Origin: Utricularia gibba
Taxonomy: Eukaryota; Plantae; Magnoliophyta
Reading direction: 5' to 3'
Assembly: GCA_002189035.1 (NCBI GenBank)
Contig: NEEC01000010.1
Location: 2,542,001 to 2,606,000, forward strand
Length of the DNA: 64,000 nucleotides
The translations under genes and the position numbers were made by a program. Of the stretch, positions 11,791 through 25,005 are shown in pieces. The notes beneath the pieces are model-generated. The model was not told where the DNA came from. It made no database searches and saw only the letters and a list, made by a program, of their open reading frames with translations. Position 1 is the stretch's first letter. Each line of letters starts with the position of its first letter.

Positions 11791-12530
11791 GTGGGCCCCA
11801 TTCAATATAGCCATTAATGCATATGAGACGAGAATGCATCATACTCAGGATACTGGGCTGAATCTGCCCGGGTCATTCCCGGTTCACCGACTTCTGAAGA
11901 TGGACAAAAGCCCAGAGCGTCCGTTTCGCAAATGACGCTTTTGAATGAGACAGTTGGTTGGGTTTTTGCCCGCACCGGCGAATAACTGTGGACCAGGGGA
12001 CCCACACGCTTTCTTTATTCGCTGAACACCACGCGTTTGCTTTCAAAAGCAGCGGGATGGGATGAGATTGTACTTAGGACCACACGCGTTTTGGGTTTAC
12101 TTTAACAAGATACTGCCTTTAATTTTAGCAGTAGGACCCACAGAGTGGTCCCTACTGTTTAAAAATAATAATAATACTGCCTGGTGGTGGGAATTACGGG
12201 GGGTAAAAAAAATTTAATGTTGCGGCAAAGACTAACTGACCTGGTAATAAAGAAGAATAGTGTGCGGTGGGTCCCATTAGCTTTTTTTAGTAATATTAAA
12301 ATTCACGTATTATCTCTTTCGAACAACGCATCAGTCTAATGCCAACTAATACTTCAACATAAAAATGATAATTTAATATTATTATCTGAATTCTCATTTT
12401 CCATGGCAATTATGCGGAAAGAGCTATGTGATACTTTTAAAATATCCAGACTTGAAAAATTATATTCCACAGCTGTGCATGTGTATGTATGAAGATATGA
12501 ATTTCAACCCGGTGGGGCCCCGCCACGTCA
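11791..12530. promoter_or_regulatory. Cluster of TCP-type motifs (GTGGNCCC/GGNCCCAC/GGACCAC) upstream of the Snakin gene
   Basis: GTGGGCCC 11791, GGGACCCAC 11997, GGACCAC 12077, GGACCCAC 12134, GTGGTCCC 12145, GTGGGTCCC 12267, GTGGGGCCCC 12512 followed by GCCACGTCA. Confidence 0.45.
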
Positions 12531-13847
12531 CACTCAACCGATGATTTGGACAACTCACTCCTCTTCTTACCGAATTCCTTTTTTCTTATAATGTAGGGTT
12601 TCCATTGCAAGCGATCGATCATTGCAGCGTCAGAAAGGGCAAATTTTGTCAATTTTAATTTTGAAATTATTATTCATAATCATTTCAATTTCAGTGCACC
12701 CATTTCATTATCATTTATTAATGATAACGAATATCGTTACTAAATAGAGAGGAATGCGGATTGTGACATGCCACGTTGCTCCATCAACACGCCAATCATC
12801 AAATTAAATTGTTTTTACGTTTCAAAATGCGATAAATTTGAAGAATTTAAAGAGAAAAAAAACAGATCGTAAACTTTGACTTTTGGGGTAAATTTTTGGT
12901 TTCTTATTTGGGATAGAGATTTGGGGTGGCAGAGAAAGGGACGGTTTGACAAAATCAAAGGGCTGGATGAGGATAGGGTTTTTCCAAGTAAATGCGGGAC
13001 AGATGTACTCATTTATTTCCCCTTATATTAATAATTAATTTTATGTATTTTTTTAACCTCTATGATTGTGTTTGTGAAAATTGATTTGGAGTGACATTTT
13101 ATTTAATGTGATTCTCTAGTATGAAGATTAGTTAAATTTAAAATTGATTGTAGATATTAATTCATGTAAATATTATTTTATTCTGAAGTTAGTTAGAAAT
13201 ATAATAATCATTCGTTTCACCTCTAAAAACATAGCTACCAATCATATAAGGGTGTGCTTTGAAGAATATTATAATTTATAATATATTTATATTAATTTCT
13301 TTATTATAGTAAAAAGGGTTTCATATAAAATTAATTCCGAGGAAATAGTAAAACTAAAGTCATTAATTACAAAAAAACCATAGCCTTTGACCATGTCCAG
13401 GAATTTCATGATACGAGTTGAAGAAGGTCATTTACGTCATTTGTGTTGACCTTTTCAAGCGTTGTTATGATTTCTCGATGTCTGGAGAATGCAGATTGCA
13501 GAGGGAATCACTTAAGCGCCTTAAATGCAATTACTGGAGCATTTAAATATTCCCAAATTTAGGAATAAAAAGGATTATTTTCGCATTATTAATTAATATG
13601 ATTCCAGTTTTTTTAAAAAATAATTACCTAGAGACTTTATTCGGCGGTGGATATTTTAATATTAATATCCTTTTTGTTAATTTTCCCAGGGCCCTTCGGC
13701 ATCGCAGCGCCCTCCGTTTTCTTGTTCCTCTATTTATTGCCCCCGCGTCGCCCTTCTCCCCTGCAAACTATCTTTCTCTTCTCCATTTCCCCCTTTCAGA
13801 TGCTTCGCAGATAATCTTTCTGTCCGAATCTCTCAGTGCTCGGGAAA

Positions 13848-16401
13848 ATGGGGGACAGCAGGGGATTCTCTGTGGCGGCGGTGGTGGTTCTGTGTTTTCT
13901 GATCGGTGGCGGCGCGTCGGAGTTCATGGCGGAGGAGTGCCTGCAAGTGCCGGCGGTTGAGTTCGTGGATTCGGTGACGTCGACGATTGAGCTGATTCGG
14001 GAAGTGGTGTCGCTGGTGCAGCCCTTCGCCAGTCAGCTCGCCGGCAGTTTCCGGGAGAAAACCGCCGTTTCCGATTGTCTCGATTTGATGGATCTCTCCA
14101 TGGACCAGCTCACTCTCACCGTCTCCGCTAAATCCCACTCCTACGGTAAATTCCCTTTCTTTCAACGAAGTAAAACATGATTAGGGAGGAATTAGCGCTA
14201 ATTACGTACGGATGAACAGTGTGGTGGGCCATAGTAGAGGAGGTGTTATATCTTTTTTAACCTGGGGAGAAAGGCCATGCAATGAAGTAAGTTAGGTTTG
14301 AAAGGGGATGGTTGATGTCCTTTTCGGGAATTAAAAGATCTGGCCGCCGAAATCGTGTTGCATATTTTCTTCCATTATTTTAATTGCTATTAATGCGGCT
14401 TAATGTAGGGGTTAAGGGGCCTAGCCCGGTTAGGCCCATAGGGACCTTAGGCCCATAATTAAATTTGATTACCCTATTAAGCTGAATAATCCTAGTAATT
14501 AGGCTACTATGCGCATCTAGGGCATGTTCTTTTTTTAATTAATTTATTTAATCTGTACATAATTACGAAATGGGTAATTTTTGGTATTAAAAATGTTGCG
14601 TATTTATTGCACGGGATGAATTGGTCAATGCATGTGTTATACTTGACAGGAACACGTCTTGGGTGTAACGTGAATTTGGGTTGAATTTGAATTTAAATTT
14701 GCATTTCGCGTTTATAAGTTTTACCAATGGAGGTTTTCGTGTGGACAGGGAACGGTAAGGGGACGGGGAACGCCGGCGCCGATATTCGGACATGGCTGAG
14801 CGGCGCGCTGATAAACCAAGACACGTGCAAAGACGGCTTTGAGGGTACCAACGGCATTGTCAGGGACGTCGTCGCCGGTTCTCTGGATCAGATCACTTCA
14901 CTGATATATGATCTGTTATCGAATGTGAAGCCATCTTTTTCAGCCATCGGCGGGGGCCGGAAGCTCCTCTCCGCTGACCGGTTCCCGGAATGGATGAAGC
15001 CCCACGACCGGCGTTTCCTGCAGCAATCGTCGGTCGGGATCGCAGCCGATGCGGTGGTCGCCGCCGATGGGAGCGGTAACTACACGAGCATTATGGATGC
15101 TGTTCACGCGGCTCCTGATAACAGCCCCAAAAGATTCGTAATTTATGTGAAAAAGGGTGTTTACAAGGAGTACGTGGAGATCAGCAAGAAGAAATGGAAC
15201 ATTGTGCTGATCGGAGACGGCATCAACTCCACCATCATCACCGGAAACCGCAACTTCGTCGACGGCTGGACCACTTACCGCACCGCCACCTTCGGTGAGT
15301 TTCCATACTTCTAACTCAACACCCCATCCTCCATTTTACATGCTAATCTTGCTCAGTCTAGTTTAACCACCTTTGCATGTCCATCTCTTTGAGGGGTCGG
15401 GTCACATGATCCAAGAACTTTTCTAACACTTTCATGTGTGCTCTGTCTGAGGGCCCTCCATCTTGCTTGCAAATGTCCATCAACTTTATTTAATGTTGAT
15501 GGGTGGGAGTTAGGGATGCAACTCTATACATTAAAATAGTTACTCTTGGAGGGGGGCCAAAGCTTTTAAATTGGATGGTTGATTCTTGTCTCCCACATGG
15601 GTTCTTATTCCTATGGTGAACCCAATGATGTCTATTGCCTTTTAGGACAAGAAGTTCAGCTTGTTGAATCCCTAGTTTGGTGACTGATATGTTAAAATTG
15701 CAGCTGTGAAGGGGCAGGGGTTTATAGCGAGGGACCTGACATTTGAGAACACGGCGGGGCCGGAAAAGCATCAGGCGGTGGCTTTTCGGTCGGATTCCGA
15801 TCTTTCCGTGATTTTCCGGTGTGCGATCCGGGGTTATCAAGACACGCTGTACGCGCACTCCCAACGGCAGTTCTACAGAGAGTGCACGATAACAGGGACG
15901 GTGGATTTCATCTTCGGGGACGGGACTGCTGTTTTCCAGAGCTGCGAAATCCTCGCAAGAAAAGGGCTACCGAATCAGAAAAACACCATCACGGCTCAGG
16001 GTCGGAAAGAGCCTGTTGAAAACACTGGGTTCTCGATCCAGTTCTCTAACATCTCCGCCGAGCCGGATGTCATGGCGGCGTTAAATTCCACGCATACGTA
16101 CCTCGGGAGACCCTGGAAGAAGTATTCGCGAACGGTGATTCTGAAATCCTACATCGGTCCGGCGATACGGCCGGAAGGCTGGTTGGAGTGGAACGGTAAT
16201 TTCGCGCTGGATACTCTGTTTTACGGGGAGTTCGAGAACTACGGAGCCGGCGCGAATTTGACTAGCCGGGTGAAGTGGCCGGGGTATCACGTGTTGTCGA
16301 GCGCGGCGGAAGCCAATAATTTCACGGTTGCGCAGTTCATTGTAGGGAATACATGGCTGCCGGCGACCGGCGTCCGGTACACCGCCGGACTGGGGGTTTA
16401 A
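13848..16401 (+). CDS. Pectinesterase/PMEI (PPE8B/PME32/44-like), 3 exons
   Basis: Exons 13848-14145, 14749-15294, 15704-16401 splice in frame. Signal peptide, AVSDCLDL and TWLSGALINQDTCKDGF, GGRKLL and DRRFL processing motifs, HQAVAF, YQDTLY, TVDFIFG, YLGRPW. Confidence 0.95.
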
Positions 16402-17913
16402 TTTAACTGCAACCAAGCATTTATATATATGTATTGTAATTTTTCTCCACTCCGCGTTTTAATTTTCATCTACGATAAATTGTTTTTAACACGTCAATTA
16501 GATGCATCGGAATAAAAATATAAATAAATAAAACCAACCCGTTTTCTCATGGATCCCGAGCCGATCAATCATGAAACAAATATTAATTATAATCGAGTTA
16601 TACTAATAAAAAATATAAATATAAAAACATTTTATACTTTTTATAAAATTCAATTTATTCTCAATTTTTTTCCAAAAATATTATTTTAAAGAATAAAACT
16701 AAACAATCCCTAAGGTGGTTCACATGTTACATTGCAAGTTTGTTTCAAGGGATTTTTATAGAATTGATGAATGTACAAAATCATGATTTTATTATGAGAT
16801 AACATATGATATGAAATATTTAATTTCTTTTATTTTCGCCATTGAAATGAAATTAATATCTGATTTTTGTGAGTCCGCATCAAATTTCTATTCTCATTGA
16901 ACTCATTTTAGTATGCTTGCATTTCATAGGGTTTAGAGTTTGGGATTTAGCGTTTAATCTTAACCTTATAATTAGTAACTTATAAATTTTACTTTATTTC
17001 ATAAATACAATGATAATCATTCAACTTGTTTTAACCTTTTAGTATTTATTCCTTTCCAAATAACTCATAATGCAATATATTATATGGTATTTATAAACTG
17101 TTTTAATGTTTGGTAATGTTCTTTATGTGTAATAATATGACTGTATTTATATTTTATATTGATTTTATATTTTGATATAATATACTAAGACACCATCCTT
17201 GCAAATGATTTGAAAAGTTCTCTACCTCATTACATGCAATGTTAGAATGATGAATGTATTCTGCATACTCTTGGCATTCACATTACATAATGTATCAATT
17301 CTCATTTATTCAAATTCCGTTATTAATTTCTTGTCATACATGAAAATTATTTAACCTTGAAATTTAGTCTGAATTTAATAAATACAAAATACTGGATTAT
17401 ACTGCAAATGAAAAGCGTATATTTTAATTTATATTAGATTTAGACAAACCTCACTAACACTTTATTATCTTTTTATTCATTTTTTTCAAAATGCCACTTT
17501 TTAAAATAATTTCAGAATATTAGTAAATATAGTAAATTAATTAAATAATAATAAATACAAAAGCAGGTAAAATAATTTCATGCTCGTCCGAACTGTAAAT
17601 CGTAATATTATTTATAACCCTTGACTGTCACGCGGTTTCGTTAATCGAAAGTATGATAGGGTGGTGGAGTTCATGAATTTTGAGTAGAAAAAAAAATCGA
17701 ATTTTCATTTTCCACGTAATATTCTGTTATTATTTTAATAATAATCCCCCACTTTTTAGAATCTCAACACTTTACGTCCAGCGGGGGTGTGCCCCTAAAA
17801 GGGCAATCTTCCCTTTCTCTGCTCTATATAAACACATCGCTGAACCCTAATTCTTCTCCATGCATCTCTCGAGCTTCGGAGTCTCGCGTCGTGGCAGTTA
17901 ATTCGGTATTGGA

Positions 17914-19676
17914 ATGGCGTGCCATGCGGCGGAGGCGATGCTGGTAGCGGCGGTGCTGTTGCTGTGTGCGATCGCCGGGGCGACGGCGGAGAATGGGCTT
18001 TTGACGGACCCGGCGAGTGACTTCATGGAGAAGGTTCAGGAAGCGATCAGCAATGTCGAGAAGGTGGTTTCGATCGTGGAGCCCCACGTCGATACCGCCG
18101 AGGACTTGCGTCTGAAGAGCGCCATTTCCGACTGCCTGAATCTGATGGACGTCTCTTTGGATCAGCTGAGCCTCTCGCTTTCGGCTTGGAACCATACACC
18201 TGGTTATATATCCACTTCACTCAAGAGATTTATTTTACTTTTAAATGAATTAAAAAAAATCCTTATCAAACGGATCAAACTATAAGTCGCCGGAATGTTT
18301 TTGACAGTGGCGGGAAGGGGAACCGGAAATACAACCGCCGACATGCTGACGTGGCTGAGCGGCACGATGAGCAACCAGGACACTTGCGAGGACGGGCTTG
18401 AAGACACTAACTGGTCCTCCACCAAGCTGGTCACCGCCGTGCTCGATCAGACTGTTTCATTGATACATGATCTTCTGTACGATGTCAAGCCCGTCGGCGG
18501 TCTGGTTCACGTGGCCCGGCCTGGCGGCAGGAAGGCCGGGCGTGTCCGTTTCCCGGCGTGGATAAAGCCCCGGGACCGGAAGCTTCTGTTACAGGGTGGT
18601 GATGAGATACATGCTGACGTCATGGTGGCGGCGGACGGAACGGGGAATTTTACGACGATCACGGATGCTATCAATGCAGCCCCGATCAATAGCACCAATA
18701 GATTCGTAACCTATGTGAAGCAAGGCGTTTATCAGGAGTTTGTGGAGGTTGGTTCCCGGAAGTGGAACATAATGTTGATCGGAGACGGCATGGATTCGAC
18801 GGTTATCACCGGAAATCGGAGTTACTTCGACGGTTGGACGACTTTCCACACGGCGACGGTCGGTGAGTCGCGTTGATAAAGGAAGAGGAGTTGATCACGG
18901 CGGCCGGGGGTTTTAAATATAGAATTATATTTTAATTATAAAATATTTTAAAATTATTTAATTTTGAATTATTTTAATGGGATTTGGATGCAGGGGTGAA
19001 TGCGCCAGGGTTTATAGCGAAGGGATTGACCTTCGAGAACACCGCCGGGCCGGAGAAGCACCAGGCGGTGGCGTTCAGATCTGGTTCTGATCTGTCGGTG
19101 ATCTCCCAATGCGCCTTCCGCGGTTATCAGGACACACTGTACGCTCACTCCGGCCGCCAATTCTACAGCCAATGCGTCATCACAGGGACGGTCGATTTCA
19201 TCTTCGGACGAAGCGCCTCCGTCTTTCAAAACTGCACAATCCTTGCTCGGAACGGCCTCCCGAGTCAGAAAAACACTGTGACAGCCCATGGAAGGACAGA
19301 TTTCGGTGACCCGACAGGGTTTTCGTTTCAGTTTTGCAACATTACAGGGGAGGCTGGTCTGGTTAATACATCCACAACTTATTTAGGGAGGCCATGGAAG
19401 AACTGTTCGAGGACCGTTGTCATGGAGTCGTACCTCGACGGAATCATAAATCCGGCGGGTTGGCTGGAGTGGAACGGGAGTTTTGCGTTGGATACTCTAT
19501 TTTATGGTGAATACCAGAATACTGGACCGGGCGCCGACCTGCAGGGGAGAGTAAAGTGGCCGGGGTATCATGTCCTGAACGCCTCAGATGCGACAAATTT
19601 CACGGTGGTAAACCTCATTCAAGGGGATTCCTGGCTGCCGGCGACCGGGGTTGGGTACGTCGGCGGCCTTGGCTAG
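17914..19676 (+). CDS. Pectinesterase/PMEI, tandem paralog of the previous gene, 3 exons
   Basis: Exons 17914-18202, 18308-18862, 18994-19676 have the same intron positions as the upstream paralog. AISDCLNL, TWLSGTMSNQDTCEDGL, DRKLL; catalytic motifs intact. Confidence 0.95.
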
Positions 19677-19853
19677 TATAGATGGATTGGGTTTTCCCGA
19701 GCACACCGCTCTCCCCTGTCTGTACTACAATCTTATGACATTATTGAAATGATTTCTTGAGAAAACACTATCAACACAACTACATCCTAATCTACAGAAA
19801 ATCTTGAAACGCAGTGTCTTCATGATTCCTCTGTAATTTTCCAAATGCAATGC

Positions 19854-21846
19854 TCAAGAAGCTTGCACTTCCTCTACCTGTCTAATGGCTTCACTCATCT
19901 CCATTCTCCTCTCAACTTCACTCTCCGTGCACCTGGACCCTATCAGCAGCATCTTCTCCATCTGCTTTATCCCTCTCCGGCGACTGCGATCTCCGGATCG
20001 ATAAGCTCCGCCGCTTTCCCTTCTGTAATCGCCTGCCTCGTCCACTGAACCACGTCGGTTCCCCCCTTCTGGTTATTGAGATACTGAGATGGAAACTTCC
20101 CTGTCATGATCTCCAGGATCACGATCCCGAGGCAGTAGACATCGCTCTTGGGCGAGAGCTGCTGGAATAGAATCGCTTCAGGGCACTTGTAGGCGAACAA
20201 GGCGTGTACGGATTGAGTGTTGCTTATGAGAGAGTAAAGGGAGTAGTCTGTGAGGAGTGACTCGTGGTTGGAAGAGAGGAGAACGTTGCTGGATTTCAAG
20301 TTCCCATGAGGGAGTTCGTAGTTGGAGAATTCAGTGTGCAGAAACCCCAGCCCTCTTGCTATTCCTTTGATGATCTTTAGCCTTGTTGGCCAGTTGAGCT
20401 CTGCGTGGCCGATCCCTCTGTCGCCTGTGCAAAATTGTATGATTCTGAGCGTTGCCGGAAACAGAGTAGAGTTTCAGAATGAGTACCGTGGAGGAGGAAG
20501 AGCAAGCTTCCTTTGGGGATGAATTCTGTGACTAGCAGCTTCTCTTCTTTGCGAAAATGGTGCGCCAATGGCGGAAGAATGTTGGTATGTTTGATGCGGC
20601 CTAGTCTCCTGATCTCAGCTTCGAAAGCTTCTTTGTTCAGCTTATTCATATCCCTCATCCTCTTCACCACAACGGTTACGCCGTTAGCCATGAGCGCCTT
20701 GTAGGATGATCCGAGGCCGCCGCTTCCGAGCACCTCCGCCGCCGCCTTCATCAAATCCTGCAGCCCAAAAACTCCCTTTTCTTCGTTGATCATCACTAGA
20801 TCGTTCGACGATCTCCCATGGATTGAGCCGCGCTTGGAGGACATGCTGCCGGAGTCTCCTCTCCGGCTCCCGGAACTCATGCTCCGGCGACTAGAGCTCG
20901 AGGTCATGTTACGCCGCATCCCAGATGGAACCGTGACTTGGACTACTTCATCGAGGTTCTCTTTTCTCAGGACGGTGAAGTTGTCGTCTTTCTTCTTTGC
21001 CTTGTAAAGAATTGTTACAAGCAGAAGACATACAACGAGGCCTAAGATTATGAATTTTGTGAGGGAGCTCGAGTGAGAATCGTCTCCTGCATGTGGATTT
21101 CCATTCGCCTCTAACGGGTCACAAGGTTTCGAGACGACGGAGCCGCAAAGTCCAGGGTTTCCGGCGAACGCCGACGCCGGAAACCTTGAGAGGCTCATCG
21201 GGATTTCTCCTTCTAGTCTATTGTAGGACAAATCTAATGTCTTCAGGGTGCTCTGTTCCAAATCAGGGATCGGCCCTGAAAACTCGTTTTTGTGAAGTAA
21301 AAGTTCCATGAGATTATGCAGCTTCTCCACTGAAATCGGAATACTACCCGTAAACATGTTCCGCCCAAGATGCACCTTTTTCAGGGACGCCAGGTTGGTG
21401 AAATAATCCGGTGGAATCTCGCCGGAAAACTGATTACCCGACAAAAACAGGGATTTTAAATGCACAATCCGGTGGAACTCCGGCAAGTGCCCCGTGAAGC
21501 TGTTATTTTCCAGGCTAATAACCCTAAGCGACAAAAGACTGGCCAACGCATCCACGTCAATGTCCCCGGAGAGTCCCAAATTCATCAGCAACACGGCGGA
21601 CACTTTCTTATAACCAGAATCGCTACAATCCACGCCCTTCCATGCCTTATTCCGGTCACACGGGTCGGACCCCTGGATCCAAGATGAATCCAGGGAACCC
21701 GAGTTCTTCAACGATTTCTTGAATCGGAGAAGATGAACATCTTCGTCCCCATTCACAGCCGCAGCCGGTACGAAAATGAATAACGAAAAGAGAAGAATCC
21801 AAGGAGGAGGCATGTGAAAGAACGTCGCTGTCCGTTTGAATAACAT
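19854..21846 (-). CDS. Pollen receptor-like kinase (LRR-III, PRK3/PRK6-like); frameshift at 19971-19973 as assembled
   Basis: Signal peptide, LRRNT (SWIQGSDPC..W.GVDC), LRRs, FAGNPGLCG, TM helix, kinase with AAAEVLGSGGLGSSYKA, VVVKR, LPHGNLKSSNVLL and KSDVYCLG. One 62-bp intron at 20425-20486. The start could alternatively be 21813. Confidence 0.93.
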
Positions 21847-23231
21847 TGGCGCAGGTATTGCATTGAGGGTGGCGCCGCCGCCGCTCGCCGGAGGTGGAGG
21901 AAGCTTCCGATGGCGGATGCTGGGGAGAATCGTCTTGTATGCAGGGAGGAACGATGTGTCATGATTGCGTGGTGCTGGTGGGATTCTACTGATGGCCCGG
22001 AGAAAATTGACGATCCAAATTAGGGTGATAAGCCCCATGCAAAATTATGAATTATATTTATTATTTAATATTTATTTAGTGAATTATTTCTGATATTTTA
22101 TTTTTAGGTGAGGTGCAGAGACATTCCTGCCCAAATGGTGGTCTCGGTTTATCCACGGGAGTCAACTTTTTCTAGCACGGGGCCCACAACAATTTGGGAA
22201 TTTTACTTCTATTTTTTTTATTCACATTAATTAATCGGGTTTAGTGCGATAATATTTTCCTAATCATTTGAAATTTTTGTTTTTAAATTTGATGTTGTAA
22301 CCAATGGGTATTTGCCACGTGGTAGTGATTCTTTAGACCACACCCCCGGCTTCCCCATTTCCCTTTCCCTTTAGAATTCCTAGGTTTTGTTTTGCCCAGT
22401 GAGATTCAGCAGCAGCGTCTTCGGTTCCCTCCAAATGATATCAGCGACGAGTGGGGGGTTTGCCTGCTTTAGTTTCTCCTCCGCTCGGCTTCTAACACCA
22501 GGCGCCCTTCTTGGCGATAGACCCTAGGAAGCAGAATCAGGCGGATTTGAGGTAGCGTATCACGCGAATTCAGGTGAATGTTACAGGGAATCTTATTCGC
22601 TTTTTATGTGGTTCTTTGGTGGGGGGTTTGAGTGGAGTTTCTGGATATTGGTACTGTGGGATAAGAATGCTTTGGTTTACATTCGTTCTATATTTCGATG
22701 GAACTGCAATTTGAGTTCTTTTTTTTTTTGTTGGAGGTACTTTTTTCGCATAAACACCTGAAAGAGCTTTATGGGATGTTCTTCTTGTGATGCCAGTCTT
22801 GATAATTATATGATTTCTCTTTGGGCAAGAAAATAGTATCTAAAAGCCAGAGACTTGTGTCCATGGTTGTATGATGCAAGTTTATGCAGAGTTGATTAAT
22901 GAAACAATATCTAACGTAGTTAAATCCAAAAACGGCTTCAAGTGTTGGATATGCAAGATTTAATTTATGTGTGCTCCCAGACCGAGGTTCCCCTGTTCAG
23001 TTTTGATTAAATCCTGAGTGGTATCTTTCCATAGGAAAACGATGGAAACAGAATATGGCCAGGGTTAAAATGTGGAATTTGAATGCAGTTGATTTGTATT
23101 TCTGCTTGGAAAAGATAGAAATTCAATGACATTATGAGGCCTTGCCGTTGCAGCGATTTGCTAACAATTCTCTTTCTCACTCTGAAACCTGAGCGCTATT
23201 TCTTTTTTTTTTTTTCTGCAGAAAGGTTTTC

Positions 23232-25005
23232 ATGGATTCAGATCAGGGGAAGCTTTTCATTGGAGGAATCTCGTGGGAGACAAACGAGGTTAAGCTAAGG
23301 GACTATTTTCAAGGGTATGGGGAAGTGCTGCAAACTGCGGTTATGAGAGACAAGATTTCGGGAAAACCTAGGGGATTTGGGTTTGTTGTATTTGCTGATC
23401 CAAGCATTCTCGATACAGTTCTTCAGGATAGGCATGTTATCGATGGGCGCACAGTAAGATATGCTTTGGTAGCTTAATGCGCTTCAGTTTACCCTGTCTA
23501 CTTAGGATGTTAACTAATGGAAATTTTCGTTCTTTTTTGGGTCCATTCCAGGATTGGATTCTTTTGTTCTTCCCTTTTTCCAAGTTTCTTGAGTTCTAAC
23601 TTATATTCTGTAAATTTTCCCTATTTCTAGCTGGATATGCTGGTTTCCTAGTGATTTACAATTGGTGGAATTGTTCTTTTCGCAAATATTTTATGCAAAA
23701 AAATCTTATTAGCTGTCTTTGATTTTCTGAGGATCAGATTTTTCATTTGCTTCCAGTGATTCAAATTCTTTTCATAGCCGGTTGCATGTCTTGATCCAGT
23801 GGTTTGACTATTGGATCTTTTGATGCGTTGGGTGCATTGTGTTAACTTGCGTAATTACTAGTGATATCTCTGATCGTTTAATACATTTCAGTTTTCAGTG
23901 TGGTGTGGTGTGATGGCATTTCTTCTGCATGTAAACATCCGTTATCTGTGGTTGTCAGGTTGAGGCTAAGAGAGCTATTTCAAGAGATGAAAATTATGTT
24001 TCGAAAAATGGAAACTCTGTTGGATCACAGAACTATGGTAGTAGTGGAGGCATTGGAACCAAGAAGATTTTTGTTGGCGGCCTACCTGCAACTTTGACCG
24101 AGGATGGCTTTCGCCAGTACTTTGAAACATATGGTGCTGTCACTGATGTTGTGATAATGTATGATCAACAGACAAACCGCCCACGGGGATTCGGATTTAT
24201 TTCTTTTGATTCAGAGGATGCAGTAGATAGGGTTTTACATAAAACATTCCATGACTTGAACGGGAAGCAAGTAGAGGTGAAACGTGCTCTTCCCAAAGAT
24301 GCCAGTCCTGGTGGAGGTGGACGAGCTGCGGGTGGCGGAGGATATCAGAATTATGGGTCCTCTTCTGGCACTTATGATGGTAGATTGGAATCCAGTAGGT
24401 ACATGCACTCACAAAGCACTGGTGGTGGGTTTCCTGCTTACAATTCATCTGCATATAACATGCCTGGATATGGCCATGGCCCTGCTTACAATGGCATGGG
24501 CTATGGATATGGAAACTCTAATCCAGGATACAGTGGGGCTGCTGGTGGATCATACAACAATCCGAATGCCCTGAATCCAGGATACGGTGGACCTGCAGGA
24601 GGCTATGGCAATCCTATGCCTGGATATGGAGGCCTCCAAAGCGCTCAGCGCAGTTCATGGGGTCCGTTGCCCATACCAGCATATGGTTACGGTAGTTCCC
24701 AGTGGGGAGCCACCCCAGGTGGCGGTGCTAGCAATGCCGGTGCCCTGACCGGCCAATCGCCAAGCGGCGCCTCCGGTTATGCTAATCAAGGATATGGCTA
24801 TGGCGGCTATGGTGGCGGTGATGCAGCTTATGGAAGCCGTGCAGGGAATGGTAGCATTCCCGGTGATGCACAGGGCCCCGGCGGCGGTTACATGGGCGAT
24901 GGCTATGTGGATGGAAACTCAGGCTGGCGCTCCGATCCTCCACAGCCTTCTGCCTACTACGGAAGCGGCGGCCACAGCGCCGGCGGTCGACCTGGTCGAC
25001 AGTAG
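23232..25005 (+). CDS. hnRNP A/B-like protein with two RRMs and a Gly/Tyr-rich tail
   Basis: RRM1 KLFIGGISW...RGFGFV (exon 23232-23453), RRM2 KKIFVGGL...RGFGFI (exon from 23959), GY-rich low-complexity C-terminus. Probable 5'UTR intron about 22575-23221. Confidence 0.94.

Noticed and set aside
11341-11814. 157-aa minus-strand ORF upstream of Snakin, with a donor-like ATG|GTGAGT near 11633
   Set aside because: No recognisable domain or coding-like composition. It overlaps the motif-rich promoter, and Snakin has its own TATA box. Only transcript data could rescue it.
20377-22038. 553-aa ORF-track protein with a long N-terminal extension and an odd C-terminus
   Set aside because: It is the PRK first exon read from an upstream ATG and through the 62-bp intron, not a separate protein.
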